Shown piece by piece: positions 1-10,931 of a DNA stretch of 64,000 nt. A model generated the notes under the pieces. That model ran no database searches. It was not told the origin of the DNA and saw only the letters and a program-made list of their open reading frames with translations. Within the stretch, counting starts at the first letter, position 1. Each line of letters starts with the position of its first letter. A program made the translations under genes and the position numbers. Source of the stretch: an uncultured Chloroflexia bacterium (GTDB lineage Bacteria; Chloroflexota; Limnocylindria; Limnocylindrales; CSP1-4); the NCBI GenBank assembly GCA_963828165.1, contig CAWHDR010000001.1, positions 576,001 through 640,000 on the forward strand, given 5' to 3'.

Positions 1-3000
1 TCGAGCGCGCTCCGCGACGTCCGCCGCCAGCTCGGGATCGAGGACGCCGACCTCGTGCTCGACCGCTTCGCCGCGGCCTTCCCGGGCGTCGGGCCGGAGC
101 CCGAACCGGCCGTCGACCGCCTCGAGGAGCTGCTGCTCATCCGGGTCGCCAACGAGAACCCGGCCCTCGGGCCGCTGCGCGAGCTCGTCGACGACCGGGT
201 CCTCCGCGAGGGCACACGCTACGACGACGTGGCCGCCGGCCTGGAGGCATCGCTTCGCCGGCGGGTGAGGGGCTGGAGCACCCGGACGGAACGAGGGCGT
301 CGCTCGTCGAGCTGCTGCGGGCGCCGGCCCGGCAGGTGCCCGACCTCGCTCGCCGGCCAGCTGCGCTTCGTCCGGGAGCACTGGGGCGCGATCCTCGGCG
401 CCGATCTCGACGCGCTCGTCGGCCGGCTGGACATCGCGATCGGCGTCCTTGCTGAGGAGGAGCGCGGCCTCCACCTGCGCTTCGGTGGTGGCGGTGGTGG
501 CAAGGACCTGCCGCCGGATGTGCCGTCCTTCGCCGCTGCCGTCGTCGCCGATGAGGCGGAGGCCTTCTCCAGCGATTCGGCCTGGATGCCGCGCGTGGTG
601 CTCATGGCCAAGAGCACGTACGTCTGGCTCGACCAGCTGTCTCGCCGCTACGGGCGGGACCTGCGCACGCTCGACGCCATCCCGGACGAGGAGCTCGACA
701 TCGCTGGCGAGCTGGGGGGTGACCGGCCTGTGGCTGATCGGGCTGTGGCAGCGCTCGGTGGCGTCGGAGCGGATCAAGCGCATGCGCGGCAATGCCGGAT
801 GCCGTCGCCTCGGCCTACTCCCTCGACGACTACCGGATCGCCGACGACCTCGGTGGCGAGGCGGCCTATGCGAACCTGCGCGACCGCGCGTGGGCGCGGG
901 GCATCCGGCTGGCCAGCGACATGGTGCCCAACCACATGGGCATCGACTCGAGCTGGGTCATCGAGCACCCGGAGTGGTTCCTGTCCTTGCCCGAGCCGCC
1001 GTTCCCCGCCTACACCTACACCGGGCCGGACCTCTCGTCCGACTCGCGGGTCGGGATCGTGCTCGAGGATCACTACTGGGACGACAGCGACGCGGCCGTC
1101 GTGTTCAAGCGCTTCGACCTCGAGACCGGCGACGAGCGCTACGTCTACCACGGCAACGACGGCACGAGCTTTCCCTGGAACGACACGGCCCAGCTCGACT
1201 TCCTGTCGGCCGAGGTTCGCGAGCACGTGATCCAGGTCATCCTGGACGTCGCCCGCCGATTCCCGGTCATCCGGTTCGATGCGGCGATGGTCCTCGCCCG
1301 CAAGCACATCCAGCGGCTGTGGTGGCCGCTCCCGGGCTCCGGCGACGGCATCCCGTCGCGGGCGCAATACGCGATCTCGCAGGAGGAGTTCGACCGGCGG
1401 ATGCCGAACGAGTTCTGGCGCGAGGTCGTCGACCGGGTCGCGGCCGAAGTGCCGGACACGCTCCTGCTGGCCGAGGCGTTCTGGATGCTCGAGGGCTACT
1501 TCGTCCGCACGCTCGGCATGCACCGCGTCTACAACAGCGCGTTCATGCACATGCTCCGCGACGAGAACGGCGCCGGCTATCGCAAGCTCATCCGCGAGAC
1601 CCTCGAGTTCGATCCCGAGATCCTCAAGCGCTACGTGAACTTCATGAGCAACCCGGACGAGGAGACGGCGCTCGAGCAGTTCGGCAAGGGCGACAAGTAT
1701 TTCGGGGTCGCCACGGTCATGGCGACGCTGCCCGGGCTGCCGATGCTCGGCCATGGTCAAGTCGAGGGCTTCGCCGAGAAGTACGGCATGGAATTCCGGC
1801 GCGCGCGGCTCGATGAGCTGCCCGATCCGTCGCTCGTGGAGCGCCACCAGCGCGAGGTCTTCCCGCTGCTCCACCGGCGGGCGTGGTTCGCCGAGGCGCA
1901 CGACTTCCTGCTGTATGACCTCGTCACGGACGGAGGCGGCGTGGACGAGAGCGTGCTGGCCTACTCGAACGGCAGCGGCCCGACACGGTCGCTGGTCGTC
2001 TACCACACGCGGTTTGGCTCGATCGCGGGCACGATCCGCGAATCGGCAGCCTACGCGCGCAAGTCGGCGTCCGGCGCGAAGCGCTTGGTCCGCCGATCGC
2101 TGGCCGAGGGCCTCGGTCTCACGAACGATCCCTCGATGTTCGCGACGTTCCGCGACGCGAGGACGGGACTGCAGTACATCCGCCCGTCGCTGGAACTGTG
2201 GGAGCGCGGCCTGTGGCTATCGCTCGACGCGTACCAGGGCCACGTGTTCTGGGAGTTCGACGAGGTCCGCGACGGGACCGCGGGGCAGTGGCGGCACCTC
2301 GCCGAGCGACTGGCCGGCGCAGGCGTTCCGTCGCTCGACGACGCACTGGTCGAGCAGCAGCTGGAGCCGGTTCACGCGCCGCTCCGGGCCTGGTTCGAGG
2401 GCGGCCACGTGGCGGCGATCATCGATGGATCCGCGGGCGGCGCCGACGTCGACGCGCTGGAGGAGCGGGCCGCGGCGCTCCTGGCGGCCACGGCCGAGTC
2501 GACCGGGGTTGGCGGTGACCCCGTCGCCGTGGCCGGGGAGGTCCGCGACCTGGTCGCGGAGGCCCTGCTTTCCCGCAGCGGAGCCCGTAACGACCGACGC
2601 CGAACCGCTCACTCGCGACGACCGCGCCGCGCTCCTGCTCTACCTCGTGCTGTCCCGCCTCGGTGCATTGGCCCCTGGCGCCGACGTCGCGGCCACGAGC
2701 CTTGCCTGGTACGACGAGCTGCGGCTGGCGCCGGTCGTGGCCGACGGCCTGCGGTCCGCCGGCCTGGATGACCCCGTGGCGTCGGCGGTCGCCGGCATGG
2801 TTCATTCGCTGCTGGCGTTGCCTCGTCCATCCGGGCTGCGCGGCCGCGGGCCCCGGCGCGAGCTCCATGTGCTGGAACGCTGGCTGGCGAGCGAGCCCAT
2901 CCGCCAGGCGATGGGTGTCCACATCTGGGACGGCGATGAATGGCTCGACGGCGACCGCTTCGCAGCCCTGCTCGGCTGGGCACAGCGGCTCGACGCGATC

Positions 3001-3168
3001 GAGACGGGCGCACCAGCGGACCCGAAGCTCACGGCGCGACTCCTGGCGGCCGCGGAGGCCACCGGCCATCGCGTGGACCAACTACGCGCCGCACTCAGCG
3101 AGCTTCGTCCGGCCGCACAAACCCGGTCCACGTCCCGGCGACCCACTCCGCCTCGAGACAGGCCATGA
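1..3168 (+). CDS. Large alpha-amylase family (GH13) glycosyl hydrolase, 5'-truncated, several frameshifts
   Basis: Pieces in ORFs 55..1230, 449..1816 (GVTGLWLIGLWQRS), 792..2771 (ASDMVPNH, IRFDAAM, LAEAFW, FMSNPDEE = GH13 regions I-IV) and 1753..3168 (C-terminus); frame switches near 260-340, 700, 795, 2575. Confidence 0.85.
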
Positions 3169-3382
3169 TCACTTCGAGTCGCTCGCCCTCGAGGTCCGGA
3201 TAGAGCCTGCGAAGCAAGAATCTGGCGCGTTCCAGCTCGGTCATCGCGCCCGCACGATCGGCCTGTGCCCAGACACGCGCGAACCCCTTCGCCCGGAGTC
3301 GATCGTGCGTCGCCCGGCGGCCTTCCAAGCCGGCCTCGACAAGTCGCCGGTCCAGGAGGGTCTGATCGCTGCTATTTGCCAC
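3095..3382 (-). CDS. Small helical protein, putative partner/antitoxin of the adjacent nucleotidyltransferase
   Basis: GTG at 3382 overlaps the stop of the upstream NTase gene; MANSSDQTLLDRR...ERARFLLRRLYPDL. Confidence 0.5.
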   Translation of the reverse strand: MANSSDQTLLDRRLVEAGLEGRRATHDRLRAKGFARVWAQADRAGAMTELERARFLLRRLYPDLEGERLEVIMACLEAEWVAGTWTGFVRPDEAR

Positions 3383-3905
3383 GGATGCGCTCCAGCAATG
3401 GTTCGATCCCCAGGATGACGGCGAACCGACCGATGTATTCCCAGTCGAGGTTCGGCTGGATGCGCACGATCGATGCCGAGTCTCGCAGCTGCCTCTCCGA
3501 GGCGCCACCGTCCGACCATGCGAGCTTTGCGAGAATCAGGTCTTCGGGGCTGATGAACCAGGCCTGACCCAGTGCGGGGTCGTCGACGAGGCGGCGACGC
3601 TCGAAAGCGGCGAGTCCCCACGGATCGGTGCGCCGCATGATGAGATCGGCCTTGTGCACCTCCGTCCGATGGATGACGGAGCCATAGCCGCGATCGTCGA
3701 CCACGATCAGCTCGTTGACGAGATACGCGTCCTCGAACGCCGGGCGGATGACCGTCTCGTACCGTTCGGGCGCGAGGTCCGTGACGATGTCGATATCGAG
3801 AGACTGGCGGGGCTCCGCCCATACAGCGAGCGCCTCCGACCCGGTGACGTAGTATCCGACGCCGGCTCGCTCCAGGCGCTCGACGATGTCGCGCTCGACG
3901 CTCAT
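3372..3905 (-). CDS. Pol-beta superfamily nucleotidyltransferase (toxin-antitoxin type)
   Basis: MSVERDIVERLERAGVGYYVTGSEAL...RQSLDIDIV (GS...DxD motif) and SPEDLILAKL..W...RQLRD. Confidence 0.75.
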   Translation of the reverse strand: MSVERDIVERLERAGVGYYVTGSEALAVWAEPRQSLDIDIVTDLAPERYETVIRPAFEDAYLVNELIVVDDRGYGSVIHRTEVHKADLIMRRTDPWGLAAFERRRLVDDPALGQAWFISPEDLILAKLAWSDGGASERQLRDSASIVRIQPNLDWEYIGRFAVILGIEPLLERIRGK

Positions 3906-5659
3906 TCGAACAGGATCCGCCTCAATAGCGACGTCGGCGGCGACCCGTGCCCGATGACGGCCTCGAGGTGCGGCCGGTAGCGAAAGCCCGGCGTCTCGCC
4001 GAATCCGCCGGGGAGGCCGTTCGCCGCGATCGTCGACGGGTCGGCGCCGGCGGCTGCGGCGGCACGGCGGCGCGCCTCCAGCTCGATGTCCCACATCTCC
4101 AGGGAGCCGGCGAAATAGGTCGACAGCTGCGTCGAGGAGAGTCGAGCGCGATCGAACTTCGCGCGTGCCTCCGCCTCCTCCTGGAAGCCGCCATCGACCA
4201 TGAGCGCCACGGCCTCGTCTTCGGTCATGCCGGCGGTGTGGATGCGCGCATCGATGATCGCGTTCGTGACCGAGCGCAGGTAGAACTTCCAGTGGGTCAG
4301 GAGCAGCGCCCCGTCGTCCGCACCGTAGCCGGCGTCCATCATCACCTGGGTCACGTACACGGCCCAGCCCTCGGCGAACAGGCCGCTCGAGAAGATCGCG
4401 CGCGGCAGCGACTCCGATCGGTTGCGCGTAGACGCCCTGCAGGTAGTGCCCCGGGACCGCCTCGTGGATCGTCAGCAGCCGTAGCATCCGTGCGTTGTCT
4501 TCGCGCAGGTACGACTCCTTGCGCTCGGGCGGCCAGTCGTCGGGCATCGGGGTGATCGCGAAAAAGGCTTTCTGGCCCTTGTCCAGCGGTCCCGGCGAGA
4601 TGAGCATCGCGCCACCGAACGCACGCAGGAACGTCGGCGTCCAGCGGATGTCGAGCGGCTCGTCGACCAGGCCCGACGAGGTCCCGATCGAGGCAGAACG
4701 CCTCGATCCGGGCGTTTTCCGCGCGGCAGAAGTCGAGTAGCTCGTCCGCCCGGGGATGCTCGGCCGCGATCGCGTCGAGCACCTCGCGCACGATCGCGCC
4801 GTCGTCGTCGGGGAGCGGGCTGCCTCGCCGCCATCTCGGCCAGAGCTGCCTCGCCAGGCGGATCAGTTCCGCGCGAACGACGTCGAATTCGTCCTCGGCG
4901 GCGGCGAGGATCCGTTCGGCGGTCAGCGTCTCGGACCGCATCGTGTGGCGCATCTTGCGAGCGAACAGGTCCGCGCCCAGGCGACCCTCCCCCTCGCTGC
5001 GTGGCAGGACGTCGTCGTTGAGGTGGCGCTGGAATCCATCCAACGCGGCCTTGGCATCCGATGCGGCCGCCGTCAGCCGCTTGCGAAGCGCGGCGACCGC
5101 AGGGTCAGCGGGCGCCGCACGCTCGGCCTCGGCCAGGGCGTCGTCGACGAGCTCGGCGATCCCGGGGAGCTGTTCGAGGGCTTTCTCGGTCTGGAACCGC
5201 GCCGACCGGCCGTCCATCGCCGGGGCCCCGGAGGGCGACCACGGCGCCATCGAGGACCGTCCGGATCCCCTCGAGCCTCCCCGCAACGGACGCCAGACGC
5301 TCGGCGAGTGGCGCGAAATCGCGGGCGATGAGCGGAAAGATCCCGTCGCCCAGCAGGTACACCCACTGCAACGGGTCCCAGGTCTCGTCCCGCAGCTCGG
5401 TGTCGGCGAACCGCTCGGCCTCGAGCTCCATGACCAGCAGGTCGCGGTCGATGGCGTCACCGGCCGCGAGGCCGGCCCCGAGCCCCTGGAACGTCTCTCG
5501 CCACCGATCGACGAAGTCGAGCCTTGCCGTCCGGCCGGCCTCGGTCACGTCCGGCCAGCGATCGTCGTAGCGGTGATCGCCGATCGCGGTGGCCGCCGTC
5601 GGGTGGAGCGCGACGTACTCCTCGAGGAACGATGCGAAGTGGTCACCGAACGTGGGCAT
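3902..5659 (-). CDS. DUF885 family protein (frameshifted)
   Basis: HPTAATAIGDHRYDDRWPD at N-terminus, LTIHEAVPGHYLQ, and C-terminal TQLSTYFAG; spread over ORFs 5105..5659, 4351..5460, 3372..4607, 3902..4360. Confidence 0.85.
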
Positions 5660-5715
5660 CCGCAGAGTCTACGGACCGGGTGGCGACCGGGTACAGGACC
5701 GCTACCATCGCGGGC

Positions 5716-6318
5716 ATGGCAGCTCCCGCCCAGACCTGGGTCACGCCCGTCACGCTCGACGGGTCCCGCGTTCGGCTCGAGCCGCTCGAGGCACGCCACC
5801 TCGACGAGCTCAAGGACGTCGCCTTCGACGACGCCATCTGGCGCTGGACGATCGCCAAGCCGATCGATGAACCGGCGCTGCGGGCGTGGTTCGAGTCGGC
5901 CCGGACCAACGCCGACGCCGGCACGGAGGTGCCGTTCGCGACCGTCGACACCGCGAGCGGCCGGGCGATCGGGAGTACCCGGTTCATGACCATCACGCCC
6001 GAGCACCGGCGCCTCGAGATCGGCTGGACCTGGGTGGGGACGGCGTATCAGCGCTCGGGCGCGAACCGGGAGGCGAAGCTCCTCCAGCTGACCCATGCGT
6101 TCGAGACGCTCGACGCCGAGCGTGTCGAGTTCAAGACGCACGCCCGCAACGAACGGTCGCGTGGCGCGCTCCTGGGCATCGGGGCGACCTTCGAAGGTGT
6201 CCTCCGCCACCACACGATCATGCCCGACGGCTCGAACCGCGACTCGGCGTTCTACAGCGTGCTCGCCGGGGAGTGGCCCAGCGTCAAGGCACGCCTCGAG
6301 GGGCTACTCGCCCGTTGA
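5716..6318 (+). CDS. GNAT family N-acetyltransferase (RimJ/RimL type)
   Basis: RRLEIGWTW, NREAKLLQLTHAFE, RVEFKTHARNERS, GATFEGVLRHH. Confidence 0.9.
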   Translation: MAAPAQTWVTPVTLDGSRVRLEPLEARHLDELKDVAFDDAIWRWTIAKPIDEPALRAWFESARTNADAGTEVPFATVDTASGRAIGSTRFMTITPEHRRLEIGWTWVGTAYQRSGANREAKLLQLTHAFETLDAERVEFKTHARNERSRGALLGIGATFEGVLRHHTIMPDGSNRDSAFYSVLAGEWPSVKARLEGLLAR

Positions 6319-7323
6319 CCGAGATCACGACGACCGACTACCACACCGGCGGAGAGCCATTCCGGATCGTGACCGGCGGTGTCCCGCCGCTCGAAGGCGG
6401 GACGGTGCCGGAGCGCCGCCGTTGGGCGGCGGCGAACATCGACGAGCGTCCGCCAGCTCCTTGTGAACGAGCCGCGCGGTCACGCCGACATGTACGGCGG
6501 CTTCGTCACGCCGCCCGACGACGCCGACGGTGATCTGGGCGTCGTGTTCTTCCATAACGAGGGCTATTCGACGGCGTGCGGTCACGGGACGATCGCGCTG
6601 GTGACCTGGGCGATCGACACCGGTCGGGTCGCGGCCGCATCCGGCACCCGTGAGGTGGCGGTCACGGTCGACGTGCCGTCGGGCCGGCTCGCGTGCACGG
6701 CACGCCTGGACGGCAACGGTCGAGTCGAGGCGGTGCGCTTCCGAAACGTCCCCTCGTTCGTGCTTGCGCGCGACGTGGAGGTGGAGACGAGCCGGGGCCG
6801 GTTGACCCTGGACGTCGGGTTCGGCGGCGCGTTCTACGGATCGATGGATGTGCGGACGCTCGGGCTCCGTGTCGAGCCGCGAGCCCTCCCCGAGCTGATC
6901 GCCCTGCAACGCGAGCTCCGCCCCGCCCTGGATGGCGCGCTCGAGGTCGTCCACCCCGACCAACCGGACCTCCTGGGCATCTACGGCGTCATCTTCTGGG
7001 AGCCGGTCGAGGGCGAGGGCGGTGCCCAGCGCAACGTCACGGTCTTCGCCGACGGCGAAGTCGACCGGTCGCCGTGCGGATCCGGCACGTCGGCGCGGCT
7101 CGCGATCCTCCACGCCCGCGGGGAGATCGGCTTGGGCGAGACGCTCCGCCATCGATCGATCGTCGATTCGGTCTTCGATGCACGCGTGATCCAGGCTGGT
7201 CCGCCGGTCGGCGGCCACACGACGGTCGTCACCGAGATCGAGGGCGCAGCCTTTCGAACCGGCGAGCACACGTTCGTCCTGGACGATCGCGACCCACTCG
7301 GGCGCGGATTCCTGCTGCGCTGA
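6315..7323 (+). CDS. Proline racemase / hydroxyproline epimerase family (frameshift ~6445)
   Basis: TTDYHTGGEPFRIV, EPRGHADMYG, STACGHG and DRSPCGSGTSA (Cys/Cys catalytic pair). Confidence 0.9.
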
Positions 7324-7369
7324 GCGACTATCCTCGGCGCACACCGATCCATCGCCCAGTCAGGAGGAC

Positions 7370-7762
7370 GTGTTGAGAGGCTTCGTCATCGGTACGGCCG
7401 TGACGGCCGTCGCCTTCTACATCCTGGTCACGCTGCTCCCGGACATGTTCGCCTACGACGGCGGGATCACGGCGCTGATCGTCATCTCGATCATCTTCGG
7501 GATCGTCAACGGGCTGATCGGCCCGATCGTCAAGCTGCTCGCCCTGCCGATCAGGCTGGCGACCCTCGGCCTCGTCGGCTTCCTCATCAACGGCGGGCTG
7601 CTGCTGCTGACCGCCTGGCTGTCCGACCTCGCCGGTTTTCCGCTGCACGTCGGCGATTTCCCGCCGGACCTGCTGACCGTCGACACGCTCATCGCGGCGA
7701 TCGTCGGGGCCGTCGTCCTGTCCATCACTTCGTCCGTCATCCGGCTTGTCGTCCCCGACTGA
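7370..7762 (+). CDS. YvlD / 4-TM phage-holin-like family membrane protein
   Basis: GIVNGLIGPIVKLLALPIRLATLGLVGFLINGGLL; AGGAGG Shine-Dalgarno. Confidence 0.8.
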   Translation: MLRGFVIGTAVTAVAFYILVTLLPDMFAYDGGITALIVISIIFGIVNGLIGPIVKLLALPIRLATLGLVGFLINGGLLLLTAWLSDLAGFPLHVGDFPPDLLTVDTLIAAIVGAVVLSITSSVIRLVVPD

Positions 7763-9024
7763 GACGCCCATCGAGGAGTCGCTCCGCGTCGCGGCCCGGC
7801 GATACGGAACGCCCCTCTTCGTCACCGACCTTGCGACGGTCGACGCCGCCTGTGCGGCCGCCACAGCGGCGTTCCCGGACCCGATCATCCGGCAGTACTC
7901 GGTCAAGGCGAACGACGTGCCGGCCGTCATCGCGCGCGTCGCTTCGCGCGGGTTCGGCGCGAACGTCGTTTCGCGCGGCGAGTGGGCATTGGCCCGCCGC
8001 GCCGGCGTGCCGAACGGCCGGATCACGCTGGAGGGCGTCGGCAAGACGCCCGCCGACCTCCGTGACGCCGCGCGTGCCGCCGCGGCAGGCTCCCCGCTGC
8101 GCTGGATCGCGCTGGAATCGCCGGAAGAGGCCCGGGCGCTCGCTCTCGCGGTGCGTCGGACCAGGAAGGCCGGGTTACGCATCGATGCCCTGTACCGGCT
8201 GAATCCGGACGTCGCACCGGAGACCCTCGCCGGGCTCGCCGTGGGATCCGGTGCCAGCAAGTTCGGCATGACCGAGACCGAGATCGGGGAGGCGATCGAG
8301 GCGGGTGGCGGGCCCGACGGTCCGCTTCGCCCGCGCGGCATCCACCTGCATGTCGGGTCGCAGCTCGGTGCCGTCGATGCCTGGCGGGATGCCGTCCGCA
8401 AGGCCATCGCGATGGCCGCGTTGTGGCGCGGCTCGATCGAGACCTTCGACACCGTCGACCTGGGCGGCGGGTTCCCGGTGCTCCCAACGGACCAGCCGGC
8501 CCCGACCGTCGAGCGTTTTGCGCGCGAGCTGCCTGCCGCGCTCGAGACCGTCCCGGACGATCGTCGCCCGACCCGCCTGGCGATCGAACCGGGTCGGGCG
8601 CTCGTGGCCCGAGCCGGGTGGCTGGTCGCTCGGGTGCTCCACGTGCGCGACCGGGGCGGTCGACAGGTCGTCATCGACGCCGGCATGACCGAGCTCATTC
8701 GGCCCGCGCTCTACGGGGCGCGCCATCCGATCGTGGCCCTCACGTCGCTCGGCCGGGCCGTGGAGCCAGGAGCCGCGGCCGGGCGGGGTGCCGAGCCCGC
8801 GCGCGTCGAGGGTCCGATCTGCGAGTCGACGGACTCGCTGGGCACGCATGACCTTCCGCCTCTTCGCCGGGGCGACCTCGTGGCCATCGCCGATGCGGGC
8901 GCCTACGCCGCGTCACTCGGCTCCGCGTACAACGGGCGGCCACGCCCCCCGCAGATCATGCGGGCACCTGATGGCAGCCTCACGGTCGGTCGCCGGCGCG
9001 GCAGCTCTCGCCTCCTTGGGTTGA
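7746..9024 (+). CDS. lysA: Diaminopimelate decarboxylase
   Basis: YSVKAN (PLP Lys), SKFG, HLHVGSQ, DLGGG, EPGR, GPICESTD, GAY. The computed ORF runs to 9083, but one extra base near 9006 likely hides the end GSLASLG* at 9024. Confidence 0.9.
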
Positions 9025-9114
9025 GGAGCCGGCGGCCCCGCCGCCGATATCCCGGGAGGTGGCACAAAGCGACCCCTTGGTGATGTGGTCGCAATTGAGG
9101 CATCATTCGCCGTC

Positions 9115-9552
9115 ATGGACGATCTCGCCCGACGCATGGCCGATCTTGGCGCACCGGACCCGGACTCGTGGGCGGAGTCGGAGATTACCGAGAACATCGC
9201 TCAACAGGCTCGATACATCTTCCTCCGCTCGATCTGGCCTGAGATCATCGACCCGTATTCGGATGAAAGCGTCGTCCGCCAGATACCCGCCGCCGCGCGA
9301 CTCCTCGACGCCGGCGCGTCCATGGCGCACCTGTCGACCGCGTTGCGGGCGGTCGCCTACGAGACGGCGTTTGGTGTCGTCGAAAGGGTGGACGAGGGTC
9401 GTGACCCTGAAGCGCCCGATGACGCGCCTGGGTGGCTCCTCATGGAGACCGACGCGGAGCCGAAGTTGACGGGTCGAGACATCGGCGGCTTGCACGAGAG
9501 TTTGCTCTCGCTCGACCCTAGCGGGCGCGAAGGATCGGACCTCTCGGAGTAG
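9115..9552 (+). CDS. Cassette 1: hypothetical acidic protein
   Basis: MDDLARRMADLGAPDPDSWAESEITENIAQQARY...GLHESLLSLDPSGREG. Confidence 0.75.
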   Translation: MDDLARRMADLGAPDPDSWAESEITENIAQQARYIFLRSIWPEIIDPYSDESVVRQIPAAARLLDAGASMAHLSTALRAVAYETAFGVVERVDEGRDPEAPDDAPGWLLMETDAEPKLTGRDIGGLHESLLSLDPSGREGSDLSE

Positions 9553-9582
9553 CTCGACTCACCGAACGCGCAAACCGACCCG

Positions 9583-9608
9583 GTGTCATTGGCGCACGCT
9601 GAGCGACG
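9583..9608 (+). repeat. Cassette site 1 GTGTCATTGGCGCACGCTGAGCGACG
   Basis: Read directly; matches array consensus. Confidence 0.85.
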
Positions 9609-9712
9609 GCTGGGTGCGGTCTCCCGGGGCAAACCATGCCCCCACCGTGGCCTCGGCGTCCCAGGGGTCCTATGTCGATGCTGGACGTGCCTACAATTCG
9701 TCGGAGGTGACC

Positions 9713-10114
9713 GTGAGCTGGGACCTTATGCTGTTGCCGTTCGACCCAGATTGGACCACCGCCGAGGAGATCCCGAGCGATTGGTCCCCTGGCGTCTTGG
9801 GGCCACGTGGAACCGTCGTCGCCGCAATTTCCGAGGTGTTCCCCGGTGCAACTGAGGATGCGGTCGGGGTATTCACGCTGCCGGACGACGGAACCGAGAT
9901 ATTGGTTGGGACCGAGGACCCGACCGACGGAGTCAACGTCTCGCTGTATGGCGGCGTTTCCCCGTCGACGATGGAGCGATTGGTCCAGTTCGCAACAATC
10001 CTGGGAACCCGTGCCCTTGATACCCAAACGGCCGAGTTCCTGACGGCGGTTGGCGGTGCCAACAGCTACTCGACGTGGCTGGACTGGAAGAACCGGGTCC
10101 TGGCGTCCGAGTAG
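9713..10114 (+). CDS. Cassette 2: hypothetical acidic protein (MSWDLMLLP...)
   Basis: GGAGG 5 nt before GTG 9713; TACAAT at 9692; ORF 9614..10114. Confidence 0.7.
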   Translation: MSWDLMLLPFDPDWTTAEEIPSDWSPGVLGPRGTVVAAISEVFPGATEDAVGVFTLPDDGTEILVGTEDPTDGVNVSLYGGVSPSTMERLVQFATILGTRALDTQTAEFLTAVGGANSYSTWLDWKNRVLASE

Positions 10115-10119
10115 GCGGG

Positions 10120-10145
10120 TTTCCTGTATCGGGCACTGAGTGACG
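10120..10145 (+). repeat. Half-site (right arm only) ...GGGCACTGAGTGACG
   Basis: Right arm matches site 5 (CACTGAGTGACG); left GTGWCATT arm absent. Confidence 0.6.
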
Positions 10146-10158
10146 CGCGCGTGTCCTA

Positions 10159-10184
10159 GTGTCATTGGCGGACGCTTTGCGACG
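10159..10184 (+). repeat. Cassette site 2 GTGTCATTGGCGGACGCTTTGCGACG
   Basis: Read directly. Confidence 0.85.
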
Positions 10185-10206
10185 GAGCCTTCCCTACACT
10201 CCGCCA

Positions 10207-10475
10207 ATGGAAGACTTGGACCTGGACCGGCTCACGAAACTGGCGTCAGACGCAAGGCCGGTCCAGGGGTCCTTGGTGGAGGGACGAGACTTCACGAGCG
10301 GCGACAGTATCATTCGAACCGCTGCCGACGGTGATGACTCGGACCTGTACATAGGCGGTGGGCCGAATCGCATCGAAGATCAGGAGCTCATCGCGGCGGC
10401 TCGAAAACCGCAGTGCCGTTGCTGCTCGATGAGGTTCGTCGCCTCCGGGCGCTCCTGAGCGATCGCAGCGGATGA
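10207..10475 (+). CDS. Cassette 3: small protein with Ead/Ea22-like C-terminus (frameshift ~10408)
   Basis: MEDLDLDRL...EDQELIAAAR; the corrected frame continues NAVPLLLDEVRRLRALLSDRSG* with its TGA inside site 3. Confidence 0.6.
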
Positions 10476-10497
10476 CATTCACGCATGCTGACTGACC
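10472..10497 (+). repeat. Cassette site 3 ATGACATTCACGCATGCTGACTGACC
   Basis: Read directly; more degenerate copy. Confidence 0.75.
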
Positions 10498-10874
10498 AAC
10501 GCCAGCCGCATCCACGACAGGCCCAGATCGCTCAGGCGGACATGGCTGCATGGCTCGCGTATCCCACAGAGTTGGAACAGCAGCCCGACGAAATACAGCT
10601 CATCCAAACGATCGAACTCCCGACGAGCGAGGGGCCTAGCGACCTTTTCGTCTTTCAATTCCGAACTGACGATCCCCATTGGGCCGCCCGATCAGGATGG
10701 ATGATCGGCGTTGCGGGTCCGTACCTCAGAGCACTCCAGCCGACCAACCTCGGGCTCGGCTTCACGTTTTCGCGGCTGTCACCCGAAGATGCCATGACGC
10801 TCGAAGACCATGTCGACGAGCTGATCGGCTCCGTGGCCGACTTTGTTTCGCGCTCCACAAGGTCGCGGGATTGA
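10485..10874 (+). CDS. Cassette 4: hypothetical protein
   Basis: AQADMAAWLAYPTELEQQPDEIQL...HWAARSGWMIGVAGPY; start uncertain. Confidence 0.7.
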   Translation: MLTDQRQPHPRQAQIAQADMAAWLAYPTELEQQPDEIQLIQTIELPTSEGPSDLFVFQFRTDDPHWAARSGWMIGVAGPYLRALQPTNLGLGFTFSRLSPEDAMTLEDHVDELIGSVADFVSRSTRSRD

Positions 10875-10887
10875 CCGGCGCGCTCAA

Positions 10888-10913
10888 GTGACATTCCCGT
10901 ACGCATTGCGAAG
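10888..10913 (+). repeat. Cassette site 4 GTGACATTCCCGTACGCATTGCGAAG
   Basis: Read directly; preceded by GCTCAA as in sites 5 and 9. Confidence 0.85.
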
Positions 10914-10931
10914 AATCCGTAACCTCCTGAC

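Noticed and set aside
7370-7762. Prophage suggested by a holin-family gene
   Set aside because: YvlD-type proteins are common chromosomal genes; no phage structural or replication genes nearby.
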